From Octopus sinensis (taxonomy: Eukaryota), in NCBI RefSeq assembly GCF_006345805.1, contig NC_042997.1:196168001-196232000 (forward strand): DNA of 64,000 nt, given 5' to 3'. Under the pieces are notes generated by a model, which saw nothing but the letters and a program-made list of their open reading frames with translations, was not told where the DNA came from and searched no databases. The first letter of the stretch is position 1. Every line of letters begins with the position of its first letter. The position numbers and the translations under genes are program-made. Shown one piece after another: positions 1-12,097 of the stretch.

Positions 1-241
1 TATATATATATATATATATATGGGTGATGTATGTTTCTGTATATACGCATGTAGAAACACATAGGCGAGGCACGTCCGACGCTACCGAAGCGCTGCTTTC
101 CATAAATTTTTCTGCAATTCGCAACATACAATGAGACGACGTCATTCACCCATTAATGTCTATCCACTTTCGTGTAACAGGAGATATACTAATAGACGAT
201 AAATTTCATCTTATAGGATTTCATATATATATAAATATATG

Positions 242-307
242 GTAAATGAAAGATGGAAGATGGAATATACGAGAATTTATATATTCTATCTTCCGTCTTT
301 CATTTAC
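242..307. repeat. Short foldback hairpin (arm also seen at ~35245-35280)
   Basis: gtaaatgaaagatggaagatggaatata ... tatattctatcttccgtctttcatttac are near-perfect reverse complements. Confidence 0.8.
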
Positions 308-377
308 AATATACATAACGATCACTGTGAATGTGACCGTGCTTCACCAGTAAGCTACCAGGTGTAAATATCGTTAT

Positions 378-494
<117 letters not shown>

Positions 495-777
495 AATATT
501 CAAAGAAATTCCAACTCTGTTTTTTATGTTATATTTATATTCTTATAATATCAATGTAGAATATAGAAATATAGTATAAATAATATATATAATAAAACGA
601 ATTGAAGTATTGATTGTTACTGAATAGATGAAATATTGAATATCAAATATTAAGGGACTAGTATACTTCCTAGCATTAAAGCAGTCTTCAAAGCCAGGCT
701 GTGATAGGAGTGTTTTCAGTTGGAATTTCTTTGAATAATATATATACCCCTATGCACAATCATACAAACCCCTTTAG

Positions 778-814
<37 letters not shown>

Positions 815-995
815 ATATATGTGTAGTATATTTGTATATATATATGTATGTATATATATGTATATATATATATATATATATTATGTATGTATATATATAT
901 GTATGTATGTATATATATATGGATGTATATATATGTTATGTATATGTATGTATATATATATGTATGTATGTATATATATATATATATATTATATG

Positions 996-1029
<34 letters not shown>

Positions 1030-1125
1030 CATACATACATGCATACATACATACATACATACATACATACATACATACATACATACATACATACATACAT
1101 ACATACATACATACATACATACATA
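778..1125. repeat. (TA)n/(CATA)n compound microsatellite
   Basis: Direct reading; source of the YIYI/HTYI pseudo-ORFs. Confidence 0.95.
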
Positions 1126-1150
1126 AATAAATAAAAATCTGTTACAAGTA

Positions 1151-1457
1151 TAGTGGTTGACACTGACTTCGAAGTTTCGGCCAGCTAAACCTAGGCCATG
1201 ACTTGGAAGTCACAATCAAAGCTATTATCTTAAAATAATATTAAATATTTGCAAAGAGTATTGAGTAGTCATTCAGTTTAACGTAAATTTGTTTTCATTA
1301 TAACACGACATGACAACAATTTTACGTTAAACTGAATGATTACTCAATACTCTTTGCAAATATTCAATATTCTTTTAAGATAATAGTATTGACTGTGATT
1401 TCCAAGTCGTGGCCTAGGTTTAGCTGGCCGAAACTTCGAAGTCAATGTCAGCCACTA
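1151..1457. mobile_element. Foldback element with ~140-bp inverted arms, probably derived from a Penelope-like pseudo-LTR
   Basis: tagtggttgacactgacttcgaagtttcggcc... (1151) is the reverse complement of ...ggccgaaacttcgaagtcaatgtcagccacta (1457); arms carry GAAA-cttcgaag-TC (half hammerhead). Confidence 0.8.
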
Positions 1458-1841
1458 GGGAGGAAGCACTCCGTCAGTTACGACGATGAGGGGTTCCGGT
1501 TGATCCGAATCAACGAACAGCCTGCTCGTGAAATTAACGTGTAAGTGACTGAGCACTCCACAGACACGTGTACCCTTAACGTAGTTCTCGGGGATATTCA
1601 GCGTGACACAGAGAGTGACAAGGCGGCCCTTTGAAGTACAGGTACAACAGAAACAGGAAGAGTAGAGTGAGAGAAAGTTGTGGTGAAAGAGTACAGCAGG
1701 GATCACCACCCCCTGCCGGAGCCTCGTGAAGCTTTAGGTGTTTTCGCTCAATAAACACTCACAACGCCCGGTCTAGGAATCGAAACCGCGATCCTATGAC
1801 CGCGAGTCCACTGCCCTAACCACTAGGCCATTGCGCCTCCA
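1458..1841 (-). mobile_element. tRNA-derived SINE, family A
   Basis: Head tggaggcgcaatggcctagtggtt (A box), ggtttcgattcc (B box); flanked by imperfect 15-bp duplication caatgtcagccacta/cattgtcaaccacta; near-identical copies at 14886, 18128 and 39666. Confidence 0.92.
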
Positions 1842-2234
1842 CATTGTCAACCACTATGCATTAATAGACAGGTAGACAGACGTACAGACAGATAGACAGA
1901 CAGACAGAGATTTTTCAAGAGTCGATATAATGAAGTAACAGTCAAATACCGGTGTCAATGTAATATTCTGATATGTTGTTTCTAATTCTGTATTTGTACA
2001 GAAATCCTGTACTTATACGAATGTTAGAAATATAAATGAAATATTATAATAAAAATATTGATGTCAACGTCTCTAGCAAAGAGCTCGCTCATTATTTGTT
2101 CTTAAAGACAACACTCGAATGATAGCATGTATGTGTGTGTGTGTGAGAGAGAGAGTATATTTTTTATATGTATTTATATATTAATTTATAATCTTTGACT
2201 TTCCGTTTAATTAATTTACATCATATACTATATT

Positions 2235-2536
2235 GTGGAAACACTTGGCCTAGTGGTTAGAGCAGCGGACTCGCGGTCGAGGGATCACGGGTTCGAATCT
2301 CAGACCGGGAAATGTGAGTGTTTATGAGCGAAACACCTAAGCTCCGCGCGGCTCTGGCGAACTTCTGCTGACTCTTTCGCCACAACTTTCTCTCACTCTT
2401 TCCCTCAGCATCTCGCAGCTCACATTCGACGGACCGGCGTCCCGTCCAGGTGGGAAACCTATACGCCAAGTAAACCGGGAAACCGGCCCTATGAGCCAGG
2501 CGTGGCTCGAGAAGGAACAAACAACGACAAAAACAA
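2235..2536 (+). mobile_element. tRNA-derived SINE, family B
   Basis: A box tggcctagtggtt, B box gggttcgaatctc, (AAC)-rich tail, 13-bp TSD catatactatatt. Confidence 0.92.
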
Positions 2537-2712
2537 CATATACTATATTAATTGTTGATTAATATATATTAACTATAGTAATTCTGATGCACTCCAAAGG
2601 CATCCTCCTTTAATTTTCTGTTCTTTTTGTTTCTTTCCGCATTTGTCATTCAAATCCTTCCTCTCTTTTCATGTTTCTGTTCATTTTGTTTTTTGTTTTT
2701 GTTCTTTCAAAG

Positions 2713-2834
2713 ACCAACGATACCGTATATTTGAGTCTCTTAGATTTTTGGAAAGATATGGCGTGCTATACAAGCTTGTCCGACCGTCGTGTTTTCACAG
2801 CATGAAGTTAATAGTATCTCCATTTAAATATTTG
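2713..2834 (+). CDS. Candidate internal exon of unknown gene (DQRYRIFESLRFLERYGVLYKLVRPSCFHSMKLIVSPFKYL)
   Basis: Very long polypyrimidine tract ending aag at 2712, one open frame, weak donor ttg|gtattt; no recognised homology. Confidence 0.3.
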
Positions 2835-2852
2835 GTATTTTAAATGATGTGA

Positions 2853-2895
<43 letters not shown>

Positions 2896-3194
2896 TAGAT
2901 AGATAGATATATACAAACACATACATATGTATATATATATATATACAAAAATACATGTGCACAGACACACAAAAACAAACACATGCACAAACGTATCATA
3001 TATATGCACACTGGTATATCTATCTATCTTTCTTTTCATGCACTGAAACGCGCACACATATACGTGTGTGTGTGTATGTGTATTTGTGTTAACGGAAAAG
3101 ATATCAATTGTGTGCAATATGCAACATGACTATGGCCAGTATAATATGTAGCATCGTTTTGATACCAACTGTTTCTTCGTTATATATACATATC

Positions 3195-3380
3195 GTTATA
3201 TATACTGGAGTAAGCACATAAATGCGAAACAAGATTGAAAAAATAGTACTTGAATACCAGAGGTAGAGTAATGTGCTTTATTGAAAAACAGCAGAACAAA
3301 ACTGTCAGACGAACGGGAACGTGAAACTCTGAGTAACGGTTTTTGTGATATTTCCGCTGCTTTTCAATAAACTATATTGT
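3195..3380 (+). mobile_element. Non-autonomous Penelope-like/retrozyme-type element with variant hammerhead (3302-3339)
   Basis: ctgt CAGACGA acg-ggaa-cgt GAAA ctctgag TA acgg; related rearranged copy at 6930-7095. Confidence 0.6.
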
Positions 3381-3514
3381 TAGATAGATAGATAGATAGA
3401 TAGATAGATTCAGATGAATATGGTACTTAAGTTGAGGCACTAGAGTTTCGTACGGTGTTTTAGGTTAAATTATACTGTCCATCTGTTTTAATTTAATTAA
3501 GTTCTATGTCTTTA

Positions 3515-3600
3515 TGCAGCTGATGATTGCTCTGCATTTAAACTGATGTAATGATTACCTTGTTCAGTTAAATGGAGTTGCTTGAAACGATCGTACTGCA
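3515..3600 (+). ncRNA. Type I hammerhead ribozyme with extended stem II
   Basis: tgcag CTGATGA [~57 nt] GAAA cgatcg TA ctgca: 5-bp stem I, palindromic stem III, GUA cleavage triplet. Confidence 0.75.
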
Positions 3601-3740
3601 TTACCTTTGGATATCCTTGTTGCTTATTTTGATTATATATATAGAGAGAGATAGTTGGAAACAAGACGATGTTACATATTAAACTGGCCATATTTATGTT
3701 GCATTTTACATACAATTAATGCATTTTTCCGTTCACACAA

Positions 3741-3772
<32 letters not shown>

Positions 3773-4069
3773 TATATGTGTGAGAGTTTCAGTGCATAAA
3801 TAGAGAGATAGATATACCAGTGCGCATGTATTTGATACGTTTGTACATGTGTTTGGTTTTGTGTGCGTATATGTCTGTGTATATATGTGCGTAATGTGCA
3901 TACGGTATTTACACACGCAAAAAGCAAGTCAGGAAAAAAGGCGACATACATAAATATAATTTAGATCATAGAGGATATAAATTTTGGCGTATCATAACAG
4001 TTCACTGTTATATGATCAATAAATGACAGGTCATTCTAGTGTATAAAATATAGGACTTAGACCACACAA

Positions 4070-4134
4070 TATGTATATATACATACATACATGCATACTA
4101 TACCACACACACATACATACACACACACACAACA

Positions 4135-4186
<52 letters not shown>

Positions 4187-4238
4187 AGTGCATACATGTA
4201 TATATGAGTGTTTATAGACATAGACACTCGCAGACACT

Positions 4239-4304
<66 letters not shown>

Positions 4305-4490
4305 TATATACACACACATTTATAAATTTGTATATGTGCATGTACGTATATACACATATATATTTATATATACATGTATGTATTTGTATATATGTATGTC
4401 AAGCGTCATATACCAACGAATATATATCATATATATATATATATATAGATGTGTGTGTGTGTATGTGTATATATATATATATATATACGT
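4070..4490. repeat. Compound (CA)n/(TA)n microsatellite
   Basis: Direct reading. Confidence 0.9.
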
Positions 4491-5465
4491 TCAAATGACA
4501 AACCTAGTTATTTGAGATTGTATATGTTATCAATTATACAGAAACTTGTAATTAAACTAAATCTATTGCTAGTGAATATTCGTTATGTTTGTTGTAAACA
4601 GACAAAACAGATGTCTAAAATATACTAAAATACTATAATTATTCATGGCACGATCTGTCGTGTGTGAGCACGTGTGACAGTACTGCTATGTGAGTGCATG
4701 CGTGTTTGTGAAGATCTGTGTATATGTGTTTGTGAGTATTCGAGCGCGTGACGTGTGTGTGTTGTGGTGTCATGTGTATCTGTGTGTGAATGTGTGTGTC
4801 TTTGTGCATGTTTCTATATGAGTAAGTGTGTATGTATCCCTTCTACGAACGTGTTTTCTGTTAGTTTTTTTTTATCATGTTAATGTGCGTATATGAATGA
4901 CACTTTACGAGTGTCTGTCTGCATTCATATGTTTGTTCTCCTCTATACATGTTTTTGTGTTTGAGTATTTGTGTGTGTATGCCTGTATATAAACGTATTT
5001 TCTGTTAGCCTTGAATGTGAAACTTAACGTGTGTGTGTCTGTCTGTGTGATTATCTGTGTGAGTCTGTTTATATGTACATGTGTTTCCTTTATCCATGTT
5101 TGTGTTTGAACATGTGCGCTTGCCTATATACGTGCATGTCTTTGTTACTGTTTAAACAAGTATATATGTGAATATCTGTGTATATGTGTGAATGTGCTTA
5201 TATGTGTATATATTTGCCTGTGAATTTGTGTATATGTATTTTAAAGTACGAATAGGTCTGTGAGTATGTATGTGAGATAGTAATACTAAGTAATGTGGGA
5301 CATGGTGTTTTGTTTTTTTGCTGTTATATTTTTTGGGTAAATGTGTTTTCTAAATTCTCTTTTTTTACTTATTCCCCTCATTCTTCATTATACCTATTGT
5401 AGATACAATATTATTTTTTTTTTTTACAAATTGTTTTTATTTCTCTTTTACCCTTTGGCATTCAG

Positions 5466-5638
5466 TCAAATCGTCTTTTGAACTCGCTACAAATGTAATT
5501 AAATATATTTTTCCAGAAGTTGCCGCCACTGACACAGGCATGGAGTATAACGAGACAACAGGGGAGTCCAAACTTATGCGGTCACGTCTTGCTAGAAATA
5601 GCAGCCAATACACTACCAAATCTACGTTTCAATTATAA
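5466..5638 (+). CDS. Candidate 3'-terminal coding exon (xKSSFELATNVIKYIFPEVAATDTGMEYNETTGESKLMRSRLARNSSQYTTKSTFQL*)
   Basis: Polypyrimidine tract plus cag acceptor at 5465 (alternative ccag at 5516, same phase), 56 open codons of non-repetitive protein-like sequence ending TAA at 5636-5638. Confidence 0.5.
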
Positions 5639-5791
5639 TTTAATAACTAGGAAAATGTTTCATAATATACGAGCTTGTAGACATTGGGGATCTTCAAAGA
5701 TACTAAACACAATTAAAAAAGAAAAACAAAAGTTAAAGCTACATTTGCTGTTCATAGCATTAGTGTGACGCTGAAGTAAGGAAGGGTAAAT

Positions 5792-5827
5792 GTATAACGT
5801 TTCGGGCACAGGTCCTTCATCGCATAC
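5792..5827 (-). ncRNA. Degenerate minimal hammerhead
   Basis: gtat GCGATGA a ggac-ctgt-gccc GAAA cg TT atac; core altered at positions 3-4. Confidence 0.45.
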
Positions 5828-6111
5828 TAAAGGGAAGTCCAAGAGGGATAGGAAGAGAAGGAAGAAAGTGCTTGTGTATGTGTAGGTATGTGTGAGAGGA
5901 GAGACGAGGTGTTGTTGGGGTGTGAGAAAGATTGTGATTAACACCTTCGACGTTTACACGACCAATACTTAAGATTACCTTAATTCTCGGATTATATTAT
6001 ACTTTCGATACAGTTGGATTACCATCTTGATGAAAAAGGTAGTACTTAGAGACATGTAACTATGCTGAAAATATTAAATGTATAAAATGCGTGATTACTT
6101 AGTTACATATA

Positions 6112-6310
6112 CTCTTTTACTTGTTTCAGTCATTTGACTGCGGCCATGCTGAAGTACCGCCATTAGTCGAGCAAATCGACCACAGGACTTATTCTCTGTA
6201 AGCCTAGTACTTATTCTATCGATTTTTTGCCGAATCGCTAGGTTACGGGGACGTAAAGACACCAGCATCGGTTGTCAAACGATGCTGGGGGGACAAACGC
6301 AGACACAGAA

Positions 6311-6357
<47 letters not shown>

Positions 6358-6515
6358 CATATACGACGGGCTTCTTTCAGTTTCCGTCTACCATATCCAC
6401 TCACAAGGCTTTGGTCGGCCCGAGGCTAAAGTAGAAGACACTTGCCCAAGGCGCCACGCAGTGGGACTGAACCCGGAACCATGTGGTTGGTAAGCAATCT
6501 ACTTACCACACAGCT
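6112..6515 (-). mobile_element. tRNA-derived SINE, family D (CORE-like, internal microsatellite)
   Basis: Head gctgtgtggtaag, B box ggttcagtccc, CORE-like cttgggcaagt, internal (TA)/(CA) tract, tail tgaaacaagtaaaagag. Confidence 0.92.
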
Positions 6516-6929
6516 ACAATTATCATTCATTCGAAGCTTCACTTCGAAGATTCATCTAAAAACACTTGTTTATAGCATTCTTTAGGACATATCTTAGAAA
6601 TGCTTGCGATCGATGAGAAAATCGATGTAAATAAATGGTTCCATTAAAAGTGAAAATTGTTGCCAGCACCAGCCAAGAGTGATCGTAGGGGATGTATAAG
6701 AAATGCTAACTTCTTCGTCCATTTTCCCCAGTCATCAAACAACCTTACATGTGTATCATACTTACCTTTGCTTAGTTTTCATATTATTCAAACACTTCGT
6801 GGTTTTTATCCCTTGCTGTTTTGCCCGGTTATTTGTCCGTGCCTGATTATATTCCCCAGAGGTACGTATGTATGTATGTATGTATGTTTATACGTACCTC
6901 TGGAGTTTATATATATATATATATATATA

Positions 6930-7094
6930 TATACACTTTATGAAAAACACCAGAAATATCACGAAGTGGAATGTGAAACTCTGAGTAACAGTTTGTGTGA
7001 TATTTTTGCTGCTTTTTAATAAAGTATATTGCTCTACCTCTGGTATTCGAGTACTATTTTCTCCCCCTTGTTTCGCATTTATGTGCTTACGCTG

Positions 7095-7095
<1 letters not shown>
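6930..7095 (+). mobile_element. Second copy of the 3195-3380 element family (decayed hammerhead)
   Basis: gtgaaactctgagtaacagtttgtgtgatattt shared with 3320-3355; remainder matches 3200-3290 inverted. Confidence 0.6.
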
Positions 7096-7159
<64 letters not shown>

Positions 7160-7179
7160 GTGGTTTGTCCTTCATGGCA

Positions 7180-7485
7180 ACCACTATTGACTTGTTTACG
7201 TCCCCGTGACTTGGTAGTTTGGTAAAAGATACTGATAGAATAAGTTGTAGCCTTAAGTAATAATTAGTGGGATCGATTAGTTCAATTAAAACCCTTCACG
7301 TCGGTGAAGGATTTTAAGGGGTTAAATGGCTGCATTCCATTGGGTGAAACAAGAAAAAGCAATATAAATATTGAATAAGTACAAGGCTTACAAATAATAA
7401 GTCCTGGGGTCGATTCGTTTGATAAAGGCGGTGCTCCAGCATGGCTGCAGTCAAATTACTGAAACAAATAGAAGAATAAAACAAT
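7180..7485 (+). mobile_element. SINE family D 3' fragments
   Basis: tttacgtccccgtgactt and ggcggtgctccagcatggctgcagtcaaattactgaaac match the family D tail. Confidence 0.75.
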
Positions 7486-7727
7486 AAACATATCATATTT
7501 GTAATTAAGGCGTCTTATAAATTTCTGATCATTGTGTTGAGGTAAAAAGGAACTGCATCGCGGAATAAAATACTAGGAAATATTTTCATTTCATATTGAA
7601 ATGTCTTGCAGGCAAAATGAAATAAAAATGGTCGATGATGCAAACTGTGTTTACAGATATCTGTTCAGTTTTCAATATTTTGACATCGACCTTTGTCTCT
7701 CAATTTCATATCATTATCAAATATTAA

Positions 7728-8225
7728 GTGGAGGCGTGTAGCTTAGTGGTTAGGGTGTCAGCATCATGATCGTAAGATTGTGGTTTCGATTCCTGTACCG
7801 GGCGACGCGTTGTTTTCTTGAGCAAAACATTTCATTTCACGTTGCTCGAGTCCACTCAGCTGGCAAAAGTGAGTAACGCTGCGATTGACTGACGTCCTGT
7901 CCAGCTGGGGAACACATACGCCATAGAAAATGGGAAACTGGACCTATGAGCCTGGCTAGGCTTTAAAAGGGCGCAGTATAGGCGTGTGGCTTCGTGGCTA
8001 GGGTGTCAGCATTATGATCGTAAGATTGTGGTTTCGATTCCTGGATCGGGCGACGCGTTGTGTTCTCGAGCAAAGCACTTTATTTCACGTTGCTCCAGTC
8101 CACTCAGCTGGCAAAAATGAGTAACGATGCGATGGACTGGCGTCCCGTCCAGCTGGGGAACACATACGCCATAGAAACCGGGAAACCGGGCCCATGAGCC
8201 TGGCTATGCTTTAAAAGGTTTTTTT
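7728..8225 (+). mobile_element. tRNA-derived SINE family C, head-to-tail dimer
   Basis: Two ~250-bp units (7728-7976, 7980-8218), each with A/B boxes; TSD tatc(a/g)aatattaa flanks the whole dimer. Confidence 0.9.
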
Positions 8226-9089
8226 TATCGAATATTAAAGCACAAGGGTCAGTCCTTGTTGCTGGCCCAGTCCTCTCAGTTTAATTGAGGTTCTGTACCT
8301 CAATTAAGAGAGCTGTATCAATGGAGTGCAAACGCCTGGTAGGCCTCTGAAGCTGGACATATTAATATGATCAATTACGTCCCAAAGTGAAATATGGGTT
8401 GCTATAGCGATAACAGTACCTAGGTGACACGTAAGTTACAGAACAATTGATTCAAACCAAGAAGACAGGAGAAAGAGTCCTTCCATATATGAAACATGTG
8501 AACATGCAGATGAGGTGAAAGAGAGGACAATCTAAATATAGATGTAAGCGTGTTACTGAAGCAGAACTGAAACGATTCAACTGGAGACAACCAGAAGAGA
8601 CAACCAAGATTCAAGAAGAGTAGAGAAGAATCGGAGATTATTTATATTCCATAGAGAGCGGAGTGTTAATGCAAGCATGTAATTCTGTCCAAAGCATTGT
8701 CATTATAAAACGCAGTGTAGTGTGAACTGACAGAATGCCTTCCAATCATGATGGATGAGTTGATAAAAGAGAAAGTCACATGCCAAGCACTATGAAAGAG
8801 CTTGCTTATACGGGGAGCAACAGGACTGCTTCCGCAAAATTCCACGACAACGAGAGATTACTGATGTTTGAGATATGAGTGAAGGTCAGTAATAGACTGT
8901 CAATGCGACAATGGTGCTCGTAGGCATTAACGAGTGAGAGTTGTTGAAATTATAAAAAGAGTGTTGTGAACTCTCTATATATAAGATAGCGTTTCTTGGG
9001 TCTGATACAAACAACGGGAACTTTAGTTAACAGGGAAAAAGCCTATATATATACAGAGAGAGAGAGAGGGAGGAGAGAGTTCACGAAAA

Positions 9090-9260
9090 AAACAAAAGAC
9101 GAAGACAGGTGGTATACAAAACAAACAGATGTATTAGTATAACGCTCAGGAATAGAAAAAGTCTTTTACGTTTCGAGCCTACGCTCCTCTACAGAAAGGG
9201 ACACAGAAAAAAACAAGGAGAGAAAAAATGTGTGTAGTTGCTACCGATCTATCATGGCGA
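9090..9260 (-). mobile_element. Penelope-like pseudo-LTR fragment with hammerhead variant (9163-9198)
   Basis: cttt CTGTAGA g gagc-gtag-gctc GAAA cg TA aaag; sibling at 36230-36430. Confidence 0.65.
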
Positions 9261-9267
9261 TATATAT

Positions 9268-9306
<39 letters not shown>

Positions 9307-9310
<4 letters not shown>

Positions 9311-9493
9311 CACTGGACTGTGAGAAAGTGAGATAATATATATAAATACATTCTACTATTTACTATTTATTGTTTTTGTACTTTATTGATTTTTAGAATA
9401 AGGTTCTTATATATAAGTTTCTATATGGTGTGAATAACACATCTTTCATTATTGAATTGTTTATATAGGTTTTCCTCTAAATTATATATAATA

Positions 9494-9553
<60 letters not shown>

Positions 9554-9677
9554 CATATAGAAACATATACTATAAGAACCTTATTCTAAAAATCAATAGA
9601 GTACAAAAACAATAAATAGTAAATAGTAGAATGTATTTATATATATTATCTCACTTTCTCACAGTCCAGCGTTCTAT
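9307..9677. mobile_element. Foldback element with ~120-bp arms around a (TA)n spacer
   Basis: gaacactggactgtgagaaagtgagataat... is the reverse complement of ...attatctcactttctcacagtccagcgttc. Confidence 0.85.
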
Positions 9678-9874
9678 CTTTCAAATATATCGAGCACATG
9701 AAAAGACCATGAAAGATGGCTTGGAGGTAGATGCTTTATAAATTTGCCAAATTAAAGGATCGTAAAGCATGAATTTATTAATAACTCTTTCCTGCGTGGG
9801 AATACATTTCTTCATTCTATATATATATCTATATATATACACACACACACATATATGAGTGTTTGTGTGTATAA

Positions 9875-9944
<70 letters not shown>

Positions 9945-10029
9945 AAGTATGTATGTAATTGAGATTCAGTTGAATTAGGTACTTAAGTTGAAGCACCACA
10001 TCAGTCCAGTATTATCCGCACAGCTTGAA

Positions 10030-10170
10030 GTAAGGTGAATAAAATCAAAATAAGCAACAGGATATCAAGAAGTGATGCGGTGCGTCCGTTTCAAACGTTT
10101 TAATTGAACAATGCAATCATTACATCAATTTAAATGCAGTGCTATCATCAGCTGCACAAATAAATAGAGA
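10030..10170 (-). mobile_element. Decayed copy of the extended-stem-II hammerhead element
   Basis: tgcag CTGATGA retained; stem III region degenerate; flanks match 3595-3635. Confidence 0.55.
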
Positions 10171-10566
10171 ATTTTACTTAGTTGTACACATTATGTTTTT
10201 CACACATGTATCAATATTACAGAAAAGAGCAAAAGATCAGTTCATTACGACCGTTTCTTCCAAGAGGTAACAAAATCCTCCGTGGCATCTTCGTATCTTC
10301 AGTGTTCTGTAGGGATGTGCAGACAAAGTTTGGATGATGAGTGCACCCCTAGGCTTCCGCAGAGGGTCTAAGTGGTTAGGGGGTGGCCAATACATATAAT
10401 AAACGGTTAACAATAGGTACAGTGTATTTGTCATTATTAAAAAGGAAAGAAAAATACTAGAAGCAGAGATGAGGCTGTGAGAGAAGTATAACTTATTAAA
10501 ATGAATTAGGTATAGGAAGGGGAAATAAGCTACAAACTTCCCATGATGTATTCCAGTTCTAGGATA

Positions 10567-10615
<49 letters not shown>

Positions 10616-10656
10616 CATATATAATCAAAATAAGTAACAAGGATATCCAGAGGTAA

Positions 10657-10744
10657 TGCAGTACGATCGTTTCATGCGACTCCATTTAATTGAATAATGC
10701 AAATATGACATCACTTTTAAAATGTCGAGCAATCTTCAGCTGCA
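10657..10744 (-). ncRNA. Type I hammerhead ribozyme with extended stem II (same family as 3515-3600)
   Basis: tgcag CTGAAGA [~59 nt] GAAA cgatcg TA ctgca. Confidence 0.75.
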
Positions 10745-10921
10745 TAAAAATATAGACTAACTATCGTACCGCCTTACTTCTGGATATTCTTGTTGCTTAT
10801 TTTTATATTAATCACCCCATTTTCAATTATATGGATAATACCATACTAAATTCTGGTGCCTTTAACTTAACTATCATATTCAACTGAATCTAAATTTTAC
10901 TGAACTTATATTTATATATAT

Positions 10922-10987
10922 GGATTGGAGGACATTCAAAATAGGTCATATATATATATATGACCTATTTTGAATGTCCTCCAATCC
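10922..10987. repeat. Perfect hairpin with (TA)n loop
   Basis: ggattggaggacattcaaaataggtca-(TA)n-tgacctattttgaatgtcctccaatcc. Confidence 0.9.
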
Positions 10988-11579
10988 TGCCTCTCTGTTC
11001 CAATTTCTCCATTCCACCATAATCTTCAACCTTGACTCTATTTCCTCCCCAATACATTCTTTCTTTTCACTCATTTTCCACTATTTCTTCATTCTTTTGA
11101 ATTTTCAAAAAATTTCTTTATATTCCTTCCGTCCTCTCTAACATGATTGAAATCTGTTCCTAAGTCGCAACTCCTAAAATCCTGTATTGCACCCTACATA
11201 TTCCATTCCTCCACTTTCTAACGTTCTCTTCAGAAGTTTCCTGATTCTCTGCTGCAGTTTCCCTCCTATTTCCATCTTCCTGTTCCTTCTCCTCCCCCTT
11301 ATACTCCTACTCATCCTACTCCTTCTTCCTGTATGCTATCCCCAGCATATCACTGCATCTACCCTTCCCCTTTCCTCTTTCATATATGTCAGTAGTAACA
11401 TACTCCCTCTCAACTCCTTGCATCTGCCTTCTGCGCTCATAATTTATTCTCGCTACCAATATATGTGTCGTTAATGATACTATAAAATTGAATTTCTCAA
11501 CATTTTGTCGCCTTTTGTTCATACTTTTTTGACACCTTAATTTAATGAGCGTACCGCTTCCAGACAGAAAACTATTCAA

Positions 11580-11951
11580 ACAGACATATATATGAAAGAC
11601 ACATACACACACACTCAGAGACACACACACGCACACTAACACACACACTAACATACACACAGTAACACACACATATATATATAGACACATCCACTTATAC
11701 AAATAAGAATGCTCATGTATATACCCATACAGACGAGCACACACATACACACATACACACACCACACACACATACATACATTCATATATATATATATGTA
11801 TGTATGTATGTATGTATATGCATGCATGTATATACATAGTGATACATATATATATATCCATCTATATATTTGTATTCTATTAATTCTATGAGAAAATTAT
11901 GGATATATATACATATGTGTGTGTGTGTATATATATATGTACATATGTATG

Positions 11952-12045
<94 letters not shown>

Positions 12046-12053
12046 AATACACA

Positions 12054-12097
<44 letters not shown>

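Noticed and set aside
640-700. Additional hammerhead-like strings (also ~15640-15690, ~43110-43150, ~46780-46815)
   Set aside because: Core or stem I too degenerate to distinguish from chance.
760-1134. Long ORFs of YI/HT/VC/MYVC repeats here and throughout (e.g. 20201-21565, 25060-26554, 40620-41302)
   Set aside because: Translations of stop-free (TA)n/(CA)n/(CATA)n microsatellites; no coding signal.
1455-1758. Recurrent ORFs such as MVIPAVLFHHNF, MFIERKHLKL, MSSNARGTN and GRPEA..CPRCHAVG
   Set aside because: Chance frames inside SINE families A, B and D; they recur only because the SINEs do.
6732-6861. Exon candidate (ccccag ... cagag|gtacgt), plus an opposite-strand gtaagt donor
   Set aside because: Peptide not protein-like, conflicting signals, and it lies downstream of the putative stop exon.
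8240-9050. Possible decayed LINE or gene fragment with a terminal stem-loop (ttaattgaggt/acctcaattaa)
   Set aside because: No diagnostic protein motif recoverable in any frame.
10990-11480. Purine-rich minus-strand stretch as coding sequence
   Set aside because: Multiple stops and no recognisable motif.
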